DNA from: Octopus bimaculoides
Taxonomy: Eukaryota
Direction: 5' to 3'
DNA: 62,058 nt
Assembly: GCF_001194135.2 (NCBI RefSeq)
Contig: NC_068982.1
Span: forward strand, 135,588,067-135,650,124
Positions 54,290 to 62,058 of this stretch are shown here, one piece after another. Every line of letters starts with the position of its first letter. Positions within the stretch are counted from its first letter, which is position 1. The translations under genes and the position numbers were made by a program. A model generated the notes under the pieces. The model was not told where the DNA came from. It did not search any database and was given only the letters and a program-made list of their open reading frames with translations.

Positions 54290-55250
54290 TCTCAGATTTC
54301 TTTTTAATGTGGAGTTTCTTTGAGTTGTTACCTGTGTCATTTTAGTGTTTCTTCTTTTGTGCAGATTGTGTGCAATGTCAGTTTTCATCATTTCAATGGC
54401 TGTGTCTGTGTTGTGCGATTGACGCAATATCTTTTATAGAAGCTTAACCACCAGTGATTGGTTAACTCATGCGCAAAGTTATTTGTGACATTTCAAGGGT
54501 TGCATTTGTTTATATTGTGAGTTGCGTGAGTTGTTGGTGTTTTAATGTCGGGTATAGGAAGTAAATCTTTCTTAGCGGTTGTTGTCTCTGTAGTTTGTGT
54601 TCTGTTATTTTTCTATTGGTGGTGATTCCGTATGTTTTGTGTGGGTTGTGCTGTAGTATTGGTTGTCAATAGTACATGTGTTTCCCGCGGAAAGTGTATT
54701 GTTAGAGCTCTACTTTTGAATTGGATGTGTCCAGCTTACTCTGTATCATGTACCCTGAAAGACACTACGAGATGTCGTGAGCACTGGCATGGTATATCTT
54801 TGTTTATACTTATGTTTATCAAACGTTAGTATTTGTATGGTTTTCCTATATCACATACGGTGTACTTCAGTTTCAAAACACTCAGACTTCGCCAGTTTCT
54901 TAATTTTATTCAAGAAATGTGTTGGATCACGATATCTATCAAAGTACTGATAATTTCGTTCCATTCCTTGATAATTACAACTGGACATATTGTCTTGAAT
55001 TTCCCATCAATATTGAGAGACATGTTATAGATGCTTTTGGTCAAGTTGTTGACATATCGTGTTTAGTATAAGATTCCACCTATACCTTTCCAGTTTTTAT
55101 ATTGAAGTGTGAATCTTATCCAAGGGACAGAATCTCTTAACTTTTTATGAATGTAATTGTATAGGTAGTGACTGAGCAGCCATATACACACTCATTGTAC
55201 CAGTGCATAACCTGACCTTAATGCTTATATCATTTGCCATTATTTCACAT
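54290..55250 (-). mobile_element. Possible decayed Penelope-like RT/GIY-YIG remnant
   Basis: Weak motif-like peptides TRYVNNL, RQQPLRKI and YCVNRTTQ..LK in plausible order; many stops. Confidence 0.35.
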
Positions 55251-55256
55251 TTGTAA

Positions 55257-55588
55257 GACGGTGAGCTGGCAGAAACGTTAGCACGCCGGGCGAAATGCTT
55301 AGCGGTATTACGTCTGTCTTTACGTACTGAGTTCAAATTCCGCCGAGGTCGACTTTGCTTTTCATCCTTTCGGGGTCGGTTAAATAAGTACCAGTTACAC
55401 AATAGGGTCGATATAATCGACTTAATCTCTTTGTCTGTCCTTGTCAGTCCCCTCTGTGCGTAGCCCCTTGTGGGCAGTAAAGAAATAAGAAACGTTAGCA
55501 CGCCGGTTAGCTCGTACTGGGGTCGATCTAGTCGACTTGCCACTCCCACAATATTTCGGGCTTTGTGCCTTGAGTAGAAAAGAGTATT
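55257..55588 (+). mobile_element. Nested SINE: B-tailed copy inside a family-A copy with a 19-bp direct repeat
   Basis: agaaacgttagcacgccgg at 55271-55289 and 55488-55506; B tail ends at 55487 and an A tail ends at 55588. Confidence 0.85.
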
Positions 55589-55914
55589 TTCTATTTGTAA
55601 TTATTCGTAACCAAGCGTTGGATCTACGCAGTTAAGAACATGCCTTTTGTTTCTCTTTTCATCGAGAGCATTTGTTGTCTTTGTTGACACTCATTCTGGT
55701 TTGTTTGCTCTCTGTCTATTCATGCATAATATTAACTAAGTTGGTGTAGTTCTTTTCTATGCTTTTTCTTCACTCTATTATGAAATACCGTTTTGCCTTT
55801 CGTTTATTGATTTTGAACTTTCTGTTTTGTATTGCCCTTTCCCAAAATGTTCAGTTATTTTTTTCTTTTCGCAATGTAAATATTTTCCAGTTTGTAATAT
55901 ATCAACAATCTTAA

Positions 55915-56129
55915 GGCGGCGAGCTGGCAGAGACGTTAGCACACCGGGCGAAGAGCTTAGCGGTATTTCGTCTGTCTTTACGTTCTGAGTTCATATTTCG
56001 CCGAGGTCGACTTTGTCTTTCATCCTTTCGGCGTCGATAAATTAAGTACCAGTTGCGTACTGGGGTCGATCTAATCGAGTGCTCCCCTCCCCTAAAATTT
56101 CGAATCTTGTGCCTAGAGCAGAAAAGAAT
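55915..56129 (+). mobile_element. SINE family A, full length, decayed TSD
   Basis: Flanks atatcaacaatctta and acatcaaaatctta. Confidence 0.92.
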
Positions 56130-56536
56130 ACATCAAAATCTTATATAGATCGAAACACTTTTGCTTCTCAGATGTTCCCTTATTCCAACCGGCAGTTTCC
56201 CTTTGCTTTCATCCAAAATTATATCTAGTCCCACTTGCTTTTTGGGAGATAGTTTTCCATTTATTTCAGACCACTTTCTCCCTATCCATAGGAAAGAAAT
56301 ATCCCATTTATATCACATCAGTGGTCATCCATATCTCTAGTGTTGTATTTAATAAATGAGATCGCCGGTATATTCACTCACATTTATAATATTGAGCTCA
56401 GTTTTTAATATCAGATCAATTTCTAATTATATTTTCTGATTTTCATGTTATCATTATTGGTATTTTTCCGCAATTTTAATTTTATTAAATACGCTGCACT
56501 TTCGAATGGCGATCTCTGCACCTTGGGCATGGGCCT

Positions 56537-58580
56537 TGTTTTACTCTAGTTTTATATATTCAGTTGCATTGAGATATATATTAAGATATGTAACATATGT
56601 GTTCAAAGCCGTTGCATTATCTTCTGCATGTTGTGTCTTGCTATACATCATAGATTTTGGCTTGTGATTATATCTTCATGTTATTAATCATTTCCAAAAC
56701 ATTTATGCAAAAACTGTTTCAATTTTCATGCAGCTCATTCTGGTCACGAGTATTTCCCAGTTATTTAAATTTTGATAATTTCCTCCAATTCCTTTGCAGA
56801 TACACAGTTGCTTCATGTGCTTGATATTTCCTTTCGTGATAACAATATCCTTTAGATTACCTTTAATTATAATTACTTGTGAGGATTGGTAATGTCTTCA
56901 TTCGTTTCTACTGTATGTTTCTATCGTCTCAATTTTGATGGTATCTCATAATGCTGGCTAACTTCAACCGTATGAAAGTCTTCGTCTATCTTGCTGTTTG
57001 ATGTACTCTTAACTGGCTCAGACTGGATATGGAAAGTGAAATATATCTAATTGTTGCTTTACCAAACACCATATGTCTTTCACTTAATAAATTCAACATC
57101 ATTACAGGATTATGGTGTTTTCTAGTTGGAAGTTTTTAATCCTGTGCCACAATCAACAATCTTAAATCTCAGCTTTGATTCCTGCGTTTGAAAGTCAATG
57201 GTCATTCTCGCCTGATGTTGACCATTACCATTTTGTTAAGGTACTGGCCATTTCATTCAATATTCCCATCGCACTGCTGAATGAATTTTATGCGCTCTGG
57301 GTAGGAGCTTTGCTATTTACTGGTTTTCAAATTTTACTGCATTGAGAGCACTCGAAGTTATATATGTGGAGCTTCAAGGCGCATGGTTAAGTGGTTAAAG
57401 TATCCGGCTCACGATTCCAGGGTCACAAATTCGATTCCCGGCAGCACGTTTTTGTCCTTGAACAAGACATTTTATTTTACTTTGCTCCATTTCACTCAAC
57501 CAGCGAAAACGTGTCATACCTGTATTTCATAGGACCAGCCTTGTCACATTCTGTGTCACGCCGAAGCTCCCTCAGAACTAAGTCAGATTTACGCCTGGCC
57601 TGTGGAGTGCTAAGTCACTTGCACGTTAATTCCATGAGCAGGCTGTTCCGTTGATCGGTCCAGCAGGAACACTCATCATCGTAACCGATGGAGCATCACT
57701 TAAATAGGTGGCGGTATAGTTGTACTATCTCCTGCATATTGTGTTGGTTTCATAGCACAGAGTGGGTTTAATCTTTGCTTGCATTTAAAACAACATACAT
57801 CTGTTTGCAATTTGTAATTCATTTCCAAGACACTTCCTTCCATAGCTTCATCATTGCATTTTGTAGTCTAATTATTTCTTAGTAGTTTGCTGTTGCACAA
57901 TTTCTGTTGTTTCACTTTCTCCTTTCAAAACTGTCTGTCATCTCCGCTTCTGGTTTGCATTTGTTGTCATCGGATGACGACAAAATGCATTTATTATTAT
58001 TTTTTTGTTCCCGTTTTGTTGTTATTTGAATTAGTTTTCCATGAATATTAATTAATTAGATAGTTTTGTAGTTCTTCAGCTTCTCTAGAAAAACAAATCT
58101 ACTAATTTCATGAAGCTTCTAACTCCTGTTTCCGTGGGAAATATCTTTCCGAGTAAAATTTCGAGGTGACGTGTACTATTAATACTTTCATTAATCTTAT
58201 TATTTATTCTGTCTAGTCTTGCTCGCTCATTCAGTGTACAGTTGAGAATATATATCTTACTTGTAACGAGGAGAACCATAATAATGCTGCCTATTATCTT
58301 TCTTTTTTCATCTGTTCTTGTTTTAAATATCTCTTTAATTCGTCTGTGAATAGTATTCTGCTTTATTGATTCCTAAATATTTATAAGTCTACGTTTGGTC
58401 AGTCTCTCATTATCTCTGTTATTACTTCAATCTTGATATTATTCATGTTCTGAATTAATTTACATCTCTTCATGGTTGACATTGCGCATATATTCTTAAC
58501 AATATCAAATACAAATACCTCTTGATAATCGCTGTAATGTCTGCAACTGTGCATCCAGCTATTTAACAAACGCTGCGTAA
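56537..58580 (-). mobile_element. R4/Dong-type LINE remnant (copy 4), RT C-terminus to 3' end, interrupted by a SINE
   Basis: TYKYLGI, ILNCTLNERARLDR, AGIKAE, VAQD*KLPTR, VSAKELE..LSKFK. Confidence 0.75.
57376..57698 (+). mobile_element. SINE family C2, diverged, inside the LINE remnant
   Basis: aaggcgcatggttaagtggtta head, ttcgattccc B-box and the family-C body. Confidence 0.88.
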
Positions 58581-58756
58581 TATGTCCGTATTCAAAAGAT
58601 GCTTCATTTTCAGTCCTATAACATTGTATCCGATTACAACCTATTCTAACAAGTTGGTTATACCTCTAAGCCCCAGACAGAAGAGAAATGAAACGATAGA
58701 TTCGCTTTGGAATATCGATCTTTCCATGTTTTTTTTTGGCTTCATACACAAGCATA

Positions 58757-59174
58757 GGTGTAGGAGTGGCTGTGTGGTAAGTAGCTTGCTTACGAACCAC
58801 ATGGTTCCGGGTTCAGTCCCACAGCGTGGCTCCTTGGGCAAGTGTTTTCTACTATAGCCTCGGGCCGACCAATCCTTGTGAGTGGATTTGGTAGACGGAA
58901 ACTGAAAGAAACCCGTCGTATATATGTATATATATATATATAATGTATGTGTGTGTATATATTTCTGTGTATGTGTTTGTCTCCCCAACATCGCTTGACA
59001 ACGGATGCTGGTCTGTTTACGTCCCCGCAACTTAGCGGTTCGGCAAAAGAGACCGATAGAATAGGTACTAGGCTTACAAAGAATAAGTCCTGGGGTCGAT
59101 TTGCTCGACTAAGGGTGGTGCTCCAGCATGGCCACGGTCAAATGAGTGAAACAAGTAAAAGAGTAAAAGAGTAA
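58757..59174 (+). mobile_element. SINE family D, full length, internal (TA/TG)n and an aaagagt tail
   Basis: Reverse complement of 28235-28675. Confidence 0.92.
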
Positions 59175-59175
59175 G

Positions 59176-59370
59176 CATGGTTGTGTCGTTGAGAAGCTTC
59201 TTTTGCAATCACATAATTTCGGGTTTAGTTCCACTGCGTTTCCCCTTGTTTAACTGTTTTCTACTATAGCTCGGGGCTATACGGTAGATAGAAACTCCGT
59301 TGAAGCCCATCGCGTGTATTCATATACATACATACATACATACATACATACATACATACATACATACACG

Positions 59371-59459
<89 letters not shown>

Positions 59460-59460
59460 C
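59176..59460 (+). mobile_element. Old family-D head followed by an expanded (TACA)n(CA)n array
   Basis: ggttgtgtcgttgagaagcttc, ccactgcg and ttctactatagc motifs. Confidence 0.6.
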
Positions 59461-59928
59461 TTCTAACTATATATACTTGTTCTCATCTACTGCTGGTGGA
59501 GGATTTCCTTGTGCCAACGAAATAGTTTGTGTTTTGAAACACAACGCATCTATGAGATATCATTTCTGGACGAATACCGCTGTTAATTTTCATTTTTGCG
59601 ATGCATCTGCATTACGTATGATACACAGATTACTGTTTTAATCGAATACTGCTTGTGCCACATATAACCAATTTTTAAACACACACCCCACGTCACACTA
59701 CATCACACACACACTCCCACGCACACACGCGCACACCACATAAACACACACAATATGTGTAACAAAAAGACATTTCATCATTGGTCTACCCAATCAGAGC
59801 AAGACGACTGGAAAACAACAACAAAACGACTGGAAAACAGCAACATTAATAATAATAACCACATGAACAGCATGAACAACAGCTTTATCAACAACAGCTT
59901 CATCAACGACAAAAGAAAAACATAAAAA

Positions 59929-60130
59929 TAATCCATTCTACTCTAGGCACAAGTGCTGGAGTTTCGGGGGAGAGGGCAAGTCGATTACATCGACCCCAGT
60001 GCGCAACTAGTACTTATGTAATGGACTCCGAAAGGATTAAAGGTAAATTTGAACTCAGAACGTAGCGACAGACGAAATATCGCTTATAATTCCGCCCGGA
60101 GAGCTAACGATTCGGCCAGCACGCCGCCTT
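59929..60130 (-). mobile_element. SINE family A, diverged, internal deletion
   Basis: ataatccattctactctaggcacaag tail and gccagcacgccgcctt head. Confidence 0.88.
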
Positions 60131-60135
60131 GGTGA

Positions 60136-60200
60136 TGATAATAATATAAAGGATAATGATAATAATAATAGTATTATTAATAATAATAATAATAATAATG

Positions 60201-60247
<47 letters not shown>

Positions 60248-60465
60248 CCAGGTTATCCAGGTTCAGTAGTGTATAAATAACCCAGATCACAACTTTCCAC
60301 ATGGACGGGGCACCAGTCCGTTTGCGGACTACTCATTTACAGTTGAGTGGACTGCGGCATCCTAAAATGTAGCGTTTTGCTCAAGATCACAACACTCTGC
60401 CCGGTTCGCGAATGGAAAATACGATCTTGATTGCAACAACAATCTAACCACTAGACCATGCACCA
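60136..60465 (-). mobile_element. (AAT)n array (60136-60246) adjoining a decayed family-E-like SINE
   Basis: cagttgagtggactg, ttgctcaagatcacaac and taaccactagaccatgc motifs. Confidence 0.55.
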
Positions 60466-62058
60466 TCACACAATCACAAATAGCGCCAGTAAAAACTATT
60501 ATTCCAGCCAACCGGGGAAATATCTTTGAGTCATCGATGACATCTCTACATCGACGCTTGACTTGCTAGAAATCTCAGTTCATTGCTTTAGAAAAGGAAG
60601 GACGTATCATGACTGAAGAACTGGCAATTCTGCAGATAAAGAGAAATGTGGAAATTGTAAAAATTGCCTTATTTCCCTGAATAGATAAATATTCTAAAAC
60701 GATTTCTTTTCTGTATATATTACGCTTGGACAAAGAACAGCTGGAAAACTTTTGATCATAAATCTTCTCAGTCAGAGATGACCCGGGGTGAAACAAATAT
60801 AATACCAGCTGGAATAACATTAAATGAAATGATTGAGGAAACAACTTATAAGTTACAAATTGTCGAGATACAGAAAGTATATTAAATTCAGTGTCAGATT
60901 TTCGCTGGTTCAGTTAACAGTTTGCATTTCATCGCTGACGCTGGGGAGAACCTTGTCTAAAAAAAGATTTCCAGTTAAGTCGTCCAATGAGATAAAGGTA
61001 GCTAACACATGCAAAGCAAACGCTGACTTCGTGTATCACATGGTACACAAACCAACTTACCCTCTCAAATTTATCAAATACATAAAAGCCAAAAAAACAA
61101 ACAAACAAACAAAGAAACGAGCCTTTAATTGGTTAGAGTCATGGCTGACCTAAGTAAGTATATCATATATCCAAAACAGCGAAGGAATCATAATAAATTA
61201 TAAGTTGATTTAGTCTCTCATATGATTTACGATTGAAAGGAAAATAACAACAATATTTCACTGGTAAAATTTAAAACAAAAGTAGCACTTGAATATAAAA
61301 TCCAACCCATGTTGCCTGCGAACTGAAATAACGATCCCCACAACACGTATGTGATCCATCGAGATACAACGACTCATTATCATAATGCTGTGTTATTGAT
61401 GAATCATTTAACAGAACGTAAAAATCTTCATTTTGAAAAATTCAGTTCCCATGAATATATGTACATACTAAAACGTTCCTTTTTTACTAAGAGAAAACGC
61501 TTTAACACCATTTAGATCTGCCAACTCTATATTAGTGGATAATATGAAGAAAAATATCGCCTTAGGACACAAAGGTATTTAGGTTGTAATATTGCAAGTT
61601 AATGATGAATATTATGTTCGAAATGTATTGTACACTCACCAGGCGAGTCTTTCACAATGCTATTAATTGCTAACTGCAATATGAAATAGCACAAATGGCA
61701 TGTGTTAGAAATAATGTTTTAAATAGTGCCGAGCTACTTCACTTTAAATTACAATTCTTACGGTTACGAAAATAGGTATCATAGAATAAGTTTATTTATT
61801 CGCTGACACAAACACACGTGTGTCTGTCTTTTTTTTTTTTCTTCCCTTTTGATCGAAATCCCCACCTTTTTTTCCGCGATCCCTTTTGATCGAAATTATC
61901 CCCCCCCCCACCAAGAAAAGCTCTACTTTGTAATTTGTCCATTTTCTGTATTTAGCCCTGTGTGGCTATAATAAAAAGATATCTATCCGTCTGTCTGTCT
62001 GTATGTATGTATGTACCTGTATGTGTAGATACACGCACGCACGCACACACACACACAC

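Noticed and set aside
55600-56530. Possible LINE C-terminal zinc-finger remnant (PCPRC, KCSR) around a SINE
   Set aside because: Too degraded to assign a clade by eye
61141-61160. gtcATGGCTGACCTAA|gtaagt as the first exon of a + strand gene
   Set aside because: Only 13 coding bases, with no downstream exon or promoter evidence in the window

Overview
AT-rich, repeat-dense animal genomic DNA with 12 N-gaps. The SINE families and microsatellite load look like an octopus (coleoid cephalopod) short-read scaffold; this is inferred from pattern recognition, not a database hit. No prokaryotic features are present. Almost all supplied ORFs are microsatellite, gap or antisense artefacts. The only convincing host coding sequence is two minus-strand exons (9418-9601 and 1746-1861) with canonical splice sites. 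They join in phase to encode Kelch repeats, so at least 1.9-9.4 kb is intronic, and a possible first exon with a YY1 motif lies at about 39.1 kb. The rest is layered transposon debris: more than 25 tRNA-type SINE copies in several modular families, decayed Penelope-like (RT thumb + GIY-YIG), RTE and R4/Dong-type REL LINE remnants, mariner, maT and hAT fragments, two fold-back MITEs and a 3.6-kb trinucleotide field. The most notable structures are hammerhead-like motifs tied to Penelope-type repeats, a stack of R4-type 3' ends next to a non-coding element embedded in (TAA)n, repeated SINE insertion at one target site, and a rearranged mariner with a snap-back hairpin. I see no solid evidence for a wholly new biological system; the findings are leads.
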